Origin: Octopus vulgaris
Taxonomy: Eukaryota
Assembly: GCA_951406725.2 (NCBI GenBank)
Contig: OX597814.1
Span: forward strand, 115,134,001 to 115,198,000
Direction of reading: 5' to 3'
DNA: 64,000 nucleotides
Below the pieces are notes generated by a model. That model saw only the letters and a list, made by a program, of their open reading frames with translations, searched no databases and was not told the DNA's origin. Positions 50,958-64,000 of this stretch are shown here, piece by piece (within the stretch, counting starts at the first letter, position 1; the number at the start of each line of letters is the position of its first letter). The position numbers and the translations under genes are program-made.

Positions 50958-51099
50958 TACGTACATTTATGTTATATTATTTTCATATCTGGTTATTATC
51001 TGTAATTTAATGTTTCATCTGTCAAATTCTGGAGAAAATTTGCATGATAACCCACTTGCTAACTTTCTATGAGCAATCATTCTTTCTGCCTCCTTATCC

Positions 51100-51155
<56 letters not shown>

Positions 51156-51424
51156 TTGTGTCATCATCTCATGTGTTCTCCCTTTCTCCTTTTTCTTTCC
51201 ATGATATTAAATACGTGTTTCTTTTTGTAATCCTTTCTCTCTATATTTTTTCACTCTCTCTCTCCCTCTCCCTCTCTTCCTTTGGCTCTCACTCTACCTT
51301 ACAGTCTGTTATTCGCCATCTCTTCCTGATCTTGCTCTTCAACCTCGTTAATCTCTCCTTCAGCCTTAATTATCTCGTCTTTTGCGTTTATCTTCCTTTC
51401 TATTTCATCTCTCTCACTCTCATA

Positions 51425-51459
<35 letters not shown>

Positions 51460-52058
51460 TACTTGGAGATTTCCTCTCCTCTTCGTCCCCCCATTGCCTC
51501 CACTTTCCCGTCCTTCTAACATCTACCTTTCCCACATTCTCTCCCTTTCATTTCTCTCTCTTCCACTCTTTCTCTTTTAGTCAACAATTAAACATTATCA
51601 AACAAACTAACACTTACATCAACTTTCAATGGCGATACACAGCAAACAGTACAATATACAGTCACCTGAAGAGCTATGAGAGATCTTAGTAAAACCAACA
51701 AGGTATTCATCGTCTCCATCTTGAGACGTAGAAATTGTTCTGTTTTCCAACGTTCTTTTAGCAGAAACAATAGAAACGATATGCAATAATGTATACATAC
51801 ATATGAGAATATAACCACTCCGCGATACTATCAAACACATTCAAGAATTTATGAAGATATTACACGACATAAATATCCTTTTGTTGTCTAGAAAACAAAG
51901 TATCATATATACAAGATGGAGAAGCCATGCGGTCTCTCTTAGGATCCATGTTCACACAGGCATTCTACATTACTACGATAGATAACAAAGTGATACAGTG
52001 GCATAAGCGTACGATATACATCAAGTGTTTGGGCGATATACTAGGAATAATGGACGCA

Positions 52059-52244
52059 GGGCGCAGGAGTGGCTGCGTGGTAAGTAGCTTGCTTACCAAC
52101 CACATGGTTCCTTGCTTACCAACCACATTGTTCCGGATTCAATCCCACTGCGTTGCACCTTGGCCAAGTGTCTTCTACCATAGCCTCGGGCCGATCAAAG
52201 CCTTGTGAGTGGATTTGGTAGACGGAAACTGAAAGAAACCCGTC

Positions 52245-52335
<91 letters not shown>

Positions 52336-52532
52336 TGTGTATGTGTTTGTCCCCCCAACATCGCTTGACAACAAATGCTGGTGTGTTTACGTCCCCGTAA
52401 CTTAGCGGTTCGGCAAAAGATTCCGATAGAATAAGTACTATGCTTACAAAGAATAAGTCCTAGGGTCGATTTCCTCGACTAAAGGCGGTGCTCCAGCATG
52501 GCCACAGTCGCGTGACTGAAACGAGTAAGAGT
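52059..52532 (+). mobile_element. SINE family A, followed by an inverted partial copy at ~52630-52875
   Basis: Match to other family A copies; adjacent opposite-orientation copy. Confidence 0.88.
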
Positions 52533-53398
52533 ACATCGGGAGACATTCAGAAAGTTTTGTTTTTTGGGGAGGGGGTTGAAGTTAACTAAAAAGGAAAATG
52601 AGTCGACGCGTGTACATTTTTTTTTGTTTTTGAACCTGGTATTATTCTATCGCTCTCTTTTGCCGAACCGCTAGGTTACGGGGACGTAAACCCACCAACA
52701 CCGATATTCAAGCAGTGGTGGGAGACGAGCATACACACACACACACATATATACATAATAGGCTTCTTTCAGTTTCCGTCTACCAAATCCATTCACAAGG
52801 CTTTGGTCAACCCGAAGCTATAGCAGAAGATACTTGCCCAAGGTGCCACGCAATGGAACTGAATCCGGAACCCTGCCCATTTAAACCGAAGCCATAAACA
52901 AATTATTACACTCACATAATGATAATGAATATCTGTACCGACCCAAAAATAGTAATTATAAAATCACCATATAGAAAACAAGCATTTAGAGTCTCATCTA
53001 CAAAAGAAGCATCCTATGAAGACATATTCAGACTAATCCCTTTGTTATAGGGGCAACAAGGCTTGGAATTTGGGAGAAAGGGTACAGTCGATTACATCGA
53101 CTCCGGTGTTCAACTGGTGATTATTTTATCGACCACGGAGGGACTTAAGACAAAGTCGACTTCAGCAGAATTCGAACTCAGAACGTAAAGACGGACGAAA
53201 TGCCGCTAAGCATTTGGCTCGGCATACTAACGATTCTGCCAGCTCCTCGCCTGACATGTACAGAATAATACGAACACTTATCAACGACGATTTTCTAATA
53301 ATCCAAGTCGTTGGCCAAATTTGCATAAAAAAATACACAAGGCCCAATAGAAAACCCGCACAAAAGATTTTGTATAAATTCAATGCCCATTGAGTCTA

Positions 53399-55069
53399 CA
53401 CTTGCGTCAGAAATTAATTAGCACTTCTCAAATTTCTACATTTTCTTACATTTTCTTAATTTAATTAACTTATTATCAGAAACGAACCCGTTTTTAATCA
53501 AAAATTTATTAAAACATATCCCAGCATACCACATAATAGTCAATATCTTGTTGCTCCTCATTTGGCAGCAATGACAGCTGCTACGCAGGCCGGCATGCTG
53601 TCTATGAGCGCCTGCAGGTACTGAGCAGGGATAACCCTCCATGCAGCAAGAAGTGCCCCAAACAGCTCGTGTCGGTTCCTGTATTGCTGCACATTCAAAT
53701 CCCTACACAATCGACTCCAGAGGTTCTCAATAGGGTTCAGGTCAGGTGACTGGCCAGGCCAGGCCAGGCCAGTCCATGACCGTCACCCTATGGTCCTTGA
53801 AGAAACCGGTTGTGAGCTTGGCTGTGTGGGGAGGCGCGTTGTCCTGCTGGAGCACGTACTCCTCGCCACCAAAGAGGTATCCCGCAGAGGGTAGGGCAGC
53901 ATTCCGTACTATCTCAACGTACTTTGCTGCGTTGATGTTGCCTTCGACGGCATAGAGCCGCCCAACACCACTGTAGCTGAACGCTCCCCACACCATCAGA
54001 CCACATCGCACCATCGCACATGGACAGGCTTGTCACTGACGAGACTGAATCGCGACTCGTCAGTGAACATCACTGTCCGCCACTGCTGCACGGTCCATGT
54101 CTTGTGGGCACGGGCCCAGAGCAGCCGCCTCTTCCAGTTTTGGGCTGTAAGGAGCGGCTTACGGGCGGCCCTACAGGATTTTAGACCAGCTTCCAGTAAT
54201 CTGGTCTTGACGGTGGTTGTAGACAACTGCTTCCCTGTCATCTTTTGCATCTCCTCCGCCAGTTGCCGGCTCGTTGCCCTTCGGTTGTTCAGCGACTTTC
54301 AGATCAGCATCCGGTCCTCCCGCTGGGTCGTCAGCCTCTTCTGTCCCCTACCCTTTTTGTCAGCTGCTGATCCGGTTTCTTCGTATTTCTTAAATAAGCA
54401 CTGAATTGTGCGCCTGGCTACACCAAGTTTTCTGGCTATTGCAGCCTCCGACAGCTTCCCACGCCACGAGAGAGCCTCGTACCATCTCTCCAAGGTCATG
54501 CGAGGTCTTGGGCCCATCTAGGAATGAACGATAAAGACCAGTTATTTTCATTAAAACTATTCATTTGAATAATGTTATGCTATAACAAAACTACTATGAG
54601 TTATTATTCATTAAACAAAAAAGAAAGAAAGCAGAATTTCTCACTTTATTTGATGTATAACAGAAAGTTTTGTGAACCGGAAGTAACGTCACGAAGCAGA
54701 GTGTAGGAGAATTTGTGAGGAAAAAAAATCTTGCAAATACACAAATCAATTAACCTACAAGCTGTTCAAAACGTCTTACGCGATGAGAAAACTTAGTACG
54801 GTGCGATTTTGGTCCTTGCGAGGCGCTACCTATATCTATTAAACAAAGGAAGATTTGTCTGCATCCGCACTCCAAGTTGTTGTTGCACTGCTATGTCAAC
54901 ATCATTAGGCTGTAGACTCTCAAACCGCTCTGCAAACAAAGTTACGTCATCGTTCTGCGCAACAGTGAATTCACAACAAAGCAATAGTTCGAGATATGGC
55001 CACTAGGTGACAGCACATACCTTGAGTGAAGAGCAAATCAAGGGTGCTAATTAATTTCTGACGGTAGTG
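53399..55069 (-). mobile_element. Complete Tc1 (DD34E) DNA transposon, 1671 bp
   Basis: 26-bp TIRs CACT(TG/AC)CGTCAGAAATTAATTAGCAC (53399-53424, 55044-55069); TA TSDs at 53397-53398 and 55070-55071. Confidence 0.96.
53540..54517 (-). pseudogene. Tc1 transposase pseudogene
   Basis: Paired-like HTH, ARKPLL, FTDESRF, LMVWG, QQDNAPPH and SPDLNPIENLW motifs with 34 residues between D and E. Stop at 54299-54301, deletion/frameshift near 54010, 10-bp (CCTGG)2 expansion near 53755, late stop near 53560. Confidence 0.95.
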
Positions 55070-55124
55070 TATATAGAATGCTTAATCGGATTATCAAAAA
55101 TCTCATAAAACTAAAACTAATAAT

Positions 55125-55533
55125 TTACTCTCTTTACTCTTTTACTTGTTTTAGTCATTTGACTGCGGCCATGCTGGAGCACCGCCTTTAGTCGAGCAAA
55201 TCGACCCCAAGACTTATTCTTTGTAAGAATAGTACTTATTCTATCGATCTCTTTTGCCGAACCGCTAAGTTACGGAGACGTAAACACAACAGCATCGGTT
55301 GTCAAGCGATGTTGGGGGACAAACACAGGCACACAAACATATACTCACACATACATATATATATACATATATACGACGGGCTTCTTTCAGTTTCCGTCTA
55401 CCAAATTCACTCACAAGGCTTTGGTCGGCCCGATGCTATAGTAGAAGACAATTACCCAAGGTGCCACGCAGTGGGATTGAACCCGGAACTATGTGTTTCG
55501 TAAGCAAGCTACTTACCACACAGCCACTCCTAC
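55125..55533 (-). mobile_element. SINE family A
   Basis: Full-length match to the other family A copies. Confidence 0.9.
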
Positions 55534-56149
55534 GTCAACAGAAAAAATGAAATTAACTACAGAAAAGTGAAATTTAAAATATTTTCAATAACAAAAATTA
55601 TGCAAACCCGGGAACAAGCTTCTAAAAAGTGATATGCCTCGTAAATTCGATTGCAAATGGGATAATCGCCCATTATGCACTTACAAGGGACACTCGTAAT
55701 GTATTAGATTACAAAACACAACTAGACTGGAAAAGTACAGAATGATCAAATGGTCAAAAAGTTCCCTTTAGAACACAGAATTCCATGTTAGTGTTTTCTA
55801 TGCGATCCCTAGTCATGTGAGTAAAGATTGATAAACGAAAACTGTATGGAATCCCGTAATGTGGATTATGCAAATACTTTAATGTCGTACTGTGTCACAT
55901 GTCGTACTGTGTCACACTGATAACACCTGAGAATTACTTTAAGGATACACGTGTCTTTGGAATACTCAGCCACATGTTAATACTATGAACCGGTAATTTT
56001 GTTGATTGAACATCTTAGTGATCAACAACAACGAACGGAGAACCATTTATATTTTCTCTGTGGATAAAGAAATCAAAGAGGCCTCATACAATTGGAGGGG
56101 ACATTATAAAACCATCAGCAGTTAAAACGGTCCGTATTATATGGCGAGA

Positions 56150-57260
56150 TAATGTACTAAGAAGTTATCAAATGATACAATCTGAAGACGTAATCTAGAG
56201 ATTATATAAAAAAAAAAACACAACTGATTTTCTGAAACGCAAAAGAGAAAAAAATAGCAAGTGATGTATTTAATATTCAGCTATATGAAATAATTCCTAG
56301 ATGTAAAGATATATGTGGAAGAAAAACCCGAAGAAAACATTTTTTCTCTGTAACGTTTACAAAATGATATTTTCGTAATAGATTGATTTTCATTTTTATA
56401 AGAACTATTAAGCAAGAATGAGAATTACAGTGTATTGTCCGACGATACAGCATTTATGCTTGAATCCCATCTAGGGTTTTACAGAAAAGAAAGGGAAATC
56501 AATCATTGTATCATATTTAAGTTTTTCCAGTCTTTACATAGAAAGCCTTCATTCAAAATACGTATGTTTGGAATGTCATCGTTTAGTTTGTAATCTAAGC
56601 TTTACAAAGCAAAAACCTCATAGTAACAAACTCTTCAGTGAATTTTGTTGTTCTATCGGATTTTTCAAGATGAACATGTATTATATTACACCACGATGAT
56701 CAGACTGTTATCATTCGAGAAATTCTCAGCGAGCTATGTCACTGCGAAATGAAGAAGAGATTGCTTAATCCGGAACAAAAAGAAAAAAGAAAATCATGCT
56801 TTTACTTCAAGATTCCAAGTGAATGCTTCAATTACATTTTGTTTCCGATATTTTTTTCTTTACTCAACAACTTAAACATCTCTCTGCAAGGCCGTGATCA
56901 AACAATTATTGGCTTCACGGAGAAAATAAATGTGCTGAAAGAAAAAGAAAAGAAGGAACAAAGAAATGCTTCATCTTTTTTGTTAGCATCCAATCTATTG
57001 AAAGAATAATATAGAAATAATTCTAATGACGTACGGAATATTATCTAGAACTATCTAACAAACTTCACAACAGAATTCAATCATTACGTTCTGACAGAAG
57101 ATGTTGAGAATTAAATTTGAGAGAAAATTCCATTTAATATTGACATTAACGATTTGCATAAGGATTTTGTCAATATCAATAAATTTCAAGAACAGTTTAT
57201 TGATGAACAAAGTGATGTGACAGATATAGTTTCAATAAAAATGTCGAATCTATTAGAACG
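56150..57260 (+). pseudogene. Highly decayed hAT (Charlie/Buster-type) transposase
   Basis: Translated segment IFFSLLNNLNISLQGRDQTIIGFTEKINVLK resembles the Charlie/ZBED5 motif DIF..LN.LN.SLQG...TI....KI..F; many stops and frameshifts. Confidence 0.6.
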
Positions 57261-57801
57261 TTCTAGTTGAATGTTAGGAAGGGGGGAAAAACGGTTGTTG
57301 GAAAATGAAGTAATAAAGGTGATATGGTGAAATGGCTGATGATGGTTAGAGAAGTTTGTTGAGTAGGATAGGCATTTGAGAAAGTAGTAGGAAGTGGATG
57401 TGAAGTGTTAGTGTTACTGGAAATCCAGGTGAGAGACTGGCAGATTGGATTATGTGTGCAAATACGACATTTCAGAGCAAACTTGATGCACATACTGTAT
57501 GTGTGTATATATACATATACATACATTATACATATACATACATTATATATATATATATATATATGTATAGATATATATATACACACACAATCAGTTGAGA
57601 ACGAATACAAACTCTTCAACAGGCACAAAATACGCATAAGTATATTTATATTTTACACACACACACACACACGCGTGTGTGTATGTGTTTGCAATTCAAA
57701 ATTCTTTTTGTACTAGTGTAAACGAACTGTTCAGTCCGAGAATCGAACCGATGGTCTACCGATCGTGAGTGCAATACTCTAACCACTTGGCCACGCACCT
57801 T

Positions 57802-57842
<41 letters not shown>

Positions 57843-59029
57843 TTATATATTATGTGATATTTGAAGCAAAATATGTACAGTATTAATAACATCTAACAAG
57901 ATTGAAAAATATAAACATATATCAATTAAATACTAAAGTGGCTTTTAATATGTGTGTGAGCGTGTGTGTGTGTGTGTGTGGAGATAGAAAATATATAGAT
58001 AAATAGATAAATAGATACATACATACATACAAACGTTCAAACAGACATTTCTATATATACGTGTTTCACAGATAATAACGTAGTAGTCTGTGGTGTAAGG
58101 CCGTCAATAATGTATGAGAACACGCGAGAATATGAAGTACTTGTGAGTAAATGTAAATATTGTACTGGGCGCGTTAACTTAGATTTAATCAAACGTCCCC
58201 CGTTCTATCAATACATATGCCTGTATCGAAATTGAAATCTGTGGGTGGCACATCAGGTCTGTATTGAGGCTAGGCTAGGTCGATGTAGACGTGATTTCAA
58301 ATTTTCTCCTTTAAAATTTCAATCTATTTTTTCCTTTTTTTAAATTTCAGCAAAATGGATCCGTGAAACTTTTATGAAGGTTCATGCTGGAAGTATGCTT
58401 AATTGTGGCCTGATAGTTTATTGAACTTTTTTATATATGTATAAAGATGGTGTTGCGTGTGTGTGTGTGTGAGAGAGTGAGAGAGAGAGAGAGAGGGTTT
58501 AGATTCTTGGGTGTTTAAGATATGAAAAACAGTTGTAAATGGAAGTGCGCTGTTTGATCTGTGTGGTGTGACATGGTGTTGCTGATCTGGTGTTAAAGGA
58601 TTTTACATTTGGACAGGATAAAATCATATATGCATCAGCACCCCTAAAAACAGCTGTAAATTCACAGCTTTATTTCTACCGCGTTGTACAGAACATACAA
58701 ATATAATATTAAAGGACTGTCCAACAAAAATTAACCCTTCATTGTATAAATCTGAATTTATACTACAATATTCAAATTTACTCATAAACAGCTTGTTTCC
58801 CTGCAGGTTTTCATAAATTAGTGTCATTCAGTACATGATATAAAATAAGTCGTCCTGATGGTTGAAGTGAGGGAAAATCCCTAGCTTTACGCCAGACGAA
58901 ACTAGATATCTTCATTTGAACATGAAATTTGAGTTGCTGCTCAAAACTACTAAGTTATTGTATATAGACGGCATTTAATTGTATAGAGTACTTTCAATTT
59001 CTGAACCTATCAACAAACAATAGACGTGC

Positions 59030-59065
<36 letters not shown>

Positions 59066-59235
59066 ATATAAATGTTGAGAGGGAGAGGTAGCGAATTGGT
59101 AGGGTTACTAGAGCGTCGGGTCTAATACCTAGCGGTGTGTGTGCGCGCGCGCGTTGATCTGTACTAAAAAAAACCATTGATAATAATTTCAATGTTTCAG
59201 CTTATTAGCCATTATCAGGATTCTCAGTCATCAAA

Positions 59236-59670
59236 TAGGAGTGGCTATGTTGTAAGTAGCTGGGCGTAGGAGTGGCTGTGTGGTAAGTAGTTTGCTTACG
59301 AACCACATGGTTCCAGGTTCAGTCCCACTGTGTGGCACCTTGGGTAGGAGTCTTCTACTATAGCCTCGGGCCGACCAAAGCCTTGTCAGTGGATTTGGTA
59401 GACGGAAACTGAAAGAAGCCCGTCGTATATATGTATACATATATGTATGTGTGTGTATATGTTTGTGTGTCTGTATTTGTCCCCCAACATCGCTTGACAA
59501 TCGATGCTGGTGTGTTTACGTCCCCGTAACTTAACGGTTCAGCAAAAGAGACCGATAGAATAAGTACTAGGCTTACAAAGAATAAGTCTTGGGGTCGATT
59601 TGCTCGACTAAAGGCGGTCCCCCAGCAAGGCCGCAGTCAAATGACTGAAACAAGTAAAAGAGTAAAAGAG
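59236..59670 (+). mobile_element. SINE family A with duplicated 5' segment
   Basis: AGGAGTGGCTATGTTGTAAGTAGCT precedes a full copy starting at ~59263. Confidence 0.88.
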
Positions 59671-61205
59671 TATTTATTCTACTTAAAGCATTCAGTCATC
59701 CTTCAGTTCAATATTAAATTGCCTTTTATATATAACCCCATCTAAAAACAAGAACTAAATCAACACTAATGAAGCAGGTCTGTGGCTAATGGTTTTCTAC
59801 CTATGACCATCACATCTTTCAGTAAGGTAAAACAGGAACTGAGTTCCATTTTTAGTAAATGGTTACTGCGTAGTCTCTGTCTTGTAGGCTCCGATGAATG
59901 TCCTTTGGTTTTTAAAGAAGGTAAGGTATTCTTCGAGGAAGATTTAACTGTAGTTTAGAACCACTCACATATTGATCGTCAATGGGTCTGTAAAGATATC
60001 AATAGTCGGTAGTAACAGAGGAACAGAGGTGTCTGGATGGATATGTAGTTGATTAGGTAAACAAATAGGAACCTTAGATCTGGAGCACATCTGTAGAACG
60101 CCATAAAAACTAAACAATAAGATATGAATTACGACTTTCATTCATGTTTTTATATATACTTTATTTATTTGAAACTAGACTGCTTTGGACTCACCAGGCG
60201 TCGTCAAACTACTTATCGGCACAAATTATATATACATACAGCTATATATACACGAACGCACTCCCTCAAATGTGTTTGTGTGTCTATGGAAGTATGGTGA
60301 GTGAGAGAGACGCATAGGTATATAAATACACATATATGTGTGTGTATAGGTATATATGTGTGTATAGGTATATATGTGTGTATAGGTATATATGAGTATA
60401 TATGTGTGTATAAGTATATATGAGTATATATGAGTATATATGTGTGTATAGATATATATGAGTATGTGTGTGTGTAAATATAATTATATAGAGAGAGATA
60501 AATACTTAGTACGTACAAGTACGTACTTAAATGCGAAAGTGTGTGTGAGTGATGGTGGTGGTAGTTGTGGGAAGCGTTTGTTGTTTGCGTGCGCGTATGC
60601 GTGTTAATATTCATTTAAAATGATGACAGATATAAAACCAATTTAATGATGAGTGAATAAAAAAAATTTTAACATCCAAAGCAATTTTTTTCATGACTAT
60701 TCTGTTTACCTCCTGCGTGAGCTGAGAGGTATTTATCACGTTTACATTTTTGCTTTTTGTTGATTGATCTATGCTAACATGCAAGTATTTGTGCATATAA
60801 ACATATATACATGTGCGTTTGTTTGTATTTATGTATGTATATATACGTATATACACATGTGTATGCATTTATGTATGTGTATATATATTATATATATATA
60901 TTATATATATATGTATATATATGTATATATATATTATATATATATGTATATATATGTATATATATATATTATATATATATATGTATATATATGTATATAT
61001 ATGTTATATATATATATATATGTATATATATGTATATATATATTATATATATATAAATACATACTCATATGTGCGTCTATACATATATGTATATATAAAC
61101 ACACACATATATATACGCAGGTATGTATACATGTATATGTGCGTGTGGTGTGCATGTATGAAAGTATTGTACACATATATGCATATATATATATATATAT
61201 ACAAT

Positions 61206-61255
<50 letters not shown>

Positions 61256-62027
61256 TGTATGTATGCATGCATTTATGTTTGTGTTCATGTATGTAAATAT
61301 TGTACGTGTGTACGTACGGATGAGTTGTATGTATATATGTACGTATTTAGATATGAGTTTATGTATATGCGTAAATATATGCGTGCGCGTGAGCTGCTGG
61401 AAGAAAAAGTAGTGTTGTTCAATAACTAAAGTTAATCAATTCGATGAGTAATCTTTCAAGAAGGGCATCTGTGTTCGAACCAGCTGCTCTCGGAACTAAT
61501 TCAATTTTCATTCGTTTTAAACAATAAAATAATTGGGAACAGAAGCTAATTGATTAATTTTTGTGGAATTAAGGTAGCCACATTTCCTTAATGAGTAAAG
61601 AATTTTTTTTGTCTTTGATCTTTTAACTATGGTTCTTTAACACAGTTTCCTTGCCAATGGCTGCAGCCATGCGCGGGAAAACATTTCAAAAGATAACGTG
61701 AAAAGAAAACGATGATCAATCATGAATATGTAAAGAGAGAATGACAAAGATACATGTACAGAGAGAGAGAGAGAGAGAGAGTGGGAAAGACATAAAGTCA
61801 CACACATCCATACATAATACGTATATATATGTACATACATATATATACTTTACATATGTAATTTAGATTTAGTTCAATTAGGTACTTAAATTGAGGCACC
61901 TTGTTTGGACGAACTAATTTGCACACTCAAGCAGTCTTAGGTGAGTATCAAACTCTACGAAGACATTTTGATCTCCCCTGTTACTCTTACAGTGTAAGTA
62001 TATGTCTGTAAAGATTTATGTAAATAA

Positions 62028-62065
<38 letters not shown>

Positions 62066-62068
<3 letters not shown>

Positions 62069-62261
62069 ACCTCGTGTGTACCGTTGGCGATTTTTTTCCT
62101 CTGTCTTCCCTTCTCTGGATCTTTCCTTCTCCTCTGTTTCCGACGAAGAGCTCCGCTCGAAGCGTTAAACCCTCCTTCTTTCCTGAGCGTCCAATAATAC
62201 TATATTTGTTCCACGTCCTCGCGTTGTTGAGTTTTTTGTGCTTTCTTGTTTGGATTAACTT

Positions 62262-62262
<1 letters not shown>
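62066..62262 (+). mobile_element. ~190-bp (TA)n-embedded element with minimal HHR variant
   Basis: Flanked by (TA)n on both sides; 62136-62170 reads GTTT-CCGACGA-A-GAGC-TCC-GCTC-GAAG-CG-TT-AAAC. Confidence 0.7.
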
Positions 62263-62316
<54 letters not shown>

Positions 62317-62744
62317 GAGATTAGGTACTTAAGTTCAACCACCATGTCAGTCCGGTATTATCCGCACAGCTCGAAGTAAGGTGAATAATTTTCATGTGTG
62401 TGTGTGTGTGCGTGCGTGTATATATAAATTCAGGATTTGACCGTTATTTGAGCTTCCACTGAATTTCAGGAATCAGAGAATCCAAAGAGCTTGAAACTCT
62501 GGTAGCACGCAAATTGTCGATTTATACAAACACAGCAACAAACTTTACATCCTACATTGGTTATTATTATGAACATCCCCAAAGAAAACTAAAATAAAAT
62601 GTTACTGAGCGCCACCGGTTTATTGGAAGGAACGATAACTCTTCAGCTGATGTTTCTTGTGTACCATTGATGCTTAAATAGCTTTTGAAAAACTTAAATT
62701 TCAATTAAATTTACTAATAAGGCAAATATTATCTTGTGAGTTGT

Positions 62745-62955
62745 ACTGATGACCACCCTGCTAGGGCTTTACTCTCATTTAACGCATCACTGCGGGCTGG
62801 AAGAGGCCTCGTGGAAGGCCCAGTACCAGATGGCTAGTCGCTGTTTGGGAAGATCTCCAAAGGCTCGATGTCACCTTGGAGGATGCAGAAGGGCTGGAAT
62901 GGTATTGCCAGCGATGGAGAGCACTGAATTTGGTCAGTTCTACACATGATGTCTC
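62745..62955 (+). mobile_element. RTE/RTE-X-like LINE ORF C-terminal fragment
   Basis: Translates to DDHPARALL..GWKRPRGRPSTRWL..VWEDLQ..RWRAL. Confidence 0.6.
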
Positions 62956-64000
62956 TGAAACCATTTACCGGTGATGAGTCCCAGCCACATCAAACAAGTG
63001 CAAAAAGCAGCAGTGTGTGTGTGTATGTGTGTATGTGCGCGCGTGTGCGCGCGCATGTGTGTGTGTGTGCGTGTGCGTGTACACGTGCGCACGTGTGTAT
63101 TCATAACTTAGTAAGTCGTTAAGTAGAATTCGGAAACAAATAACCAAATAAAAGTAGTGTTTTGGTTCGATACGGTTGACTAAATAACAGTGAAATCAGT
63201 GCTCAAGCGTAACCACAGTCCAGTAACTCAAACCACTTAAATAATAACAGACTATGTACTATTTCACCTGCGACGGACCGGCGTCCCGTCCAGTGGGGAA
63301 CCTATACGCTAAGAAAACTGGGAAACCGGCCCTTATGAGCCAGGCATGGCTCGAGAAGAAACAAACATGTACTATTTATACCAACTGTATCTACTTGGAA
63401 TAATTTAGTAGTAGTTCGAGTAGCTGTAAACTTAAAACACTAAAATATGTGTTCAACGTCTGAAATACATGACTTCAATTCAACAGTAAATTTGCTTTAA
63501 ACAAAAACGAGAACTAACATTAAACAGTCTTATTTATCGTAATCGAAATCTTTACCAACTCGAATGTTAGCAATGGCAGTATATGTTTCACAGCATTCTC
63601 ATCTCCAGCTCCCATCTTGACTTAAACTAAATTAAGATTGCTGGATGGGGATTGCGTTAGTGTTTAGTTATATGAGTGAAAATGTATTATGTTTATATAA
63701 ACATTGATGTGTATCGAGCGATGTAAAATAATGACAGCGCACTAAGATATATTGAAAAGTAACCTTGAATGTAAGGCTTTATCAGATTCTACCGGGTAGA
63801 GTCGTAGATACATAAAACAAACAAATCAAATCTTGTTTACATTCATAAAGTGTATTCAAATATGGAGTAGACATTCAAAAGAACTTCAACAAAAACAAAA
63901 GAGAATAAGACTTGTTAGGCTCCTTGATTAATAATGTAAGGTTTCGGTTCTTGCCCAAGCTAAATCGTATGTAATCTCTCCCCTTCTGCTTTTTTTCTCT

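Noticed and set aside
51044-51580. 178-aa hydrophobic Leu/Ser/Phe ORF resembling a membrane protein (also 45102-45717)
   Set aside because: Derived from a (CT)n-rich polypyrimidine tract.
51664-51710. CTGAAGA-GCTA..TAGT-AAAA-CC..GG-TA and similar weak motifs at 12786-12870, 34820-34856 and 62610-62650
   Set aside because: Each lacks GAAA, the CUGA core or stem I pairing; indistinguishable from chance without a family consensus.

Overview
Eukaryotic, AT-rich, microsatellite-saturated DNA. The SINE families and the density of (TA)n/(CA)n tracts point to an octopus (coleoid cephalopod) genome; this is inferred from repeat content. Nearly all listed ORFs are artefacts of microsatellites or SINEs. 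The only host coding sequence I can support is one 159-nt phase 0-0 exon (9405-9563, +) encoding the N-terminal ankyrin repeats of a TRPC3/6/7-like channel. No further exon is recognisable in the next 54 kb, so the window is probably mostly giant intron. It contains a complete but broken DD34E Tc1 transposon (53399-55069), a mariner fold-back element, hAT MITEs, a decayed hAT transposase, Helitron pieces, 3' ends of CR1/L2, RTE and RLE-type LINEs, and dozens of tRNA-derived SINEs with interchangeable heads and tails. The most striking unannotated signal is a dispersed set of hammerhead-ribozyme (HHR) motifs with palindromic stem III. At least one has a fully intact core (35335-35392, sense to the TRPC gene). 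They occur in short Penelope/retrozyme-like elements, head-to-head palindromes, a tRNA-headed SINE, and the loop of a ~460-bp-arm inverted repeat (43148-44697). Repeat boundaries and identities were judged by eye and are approximate.
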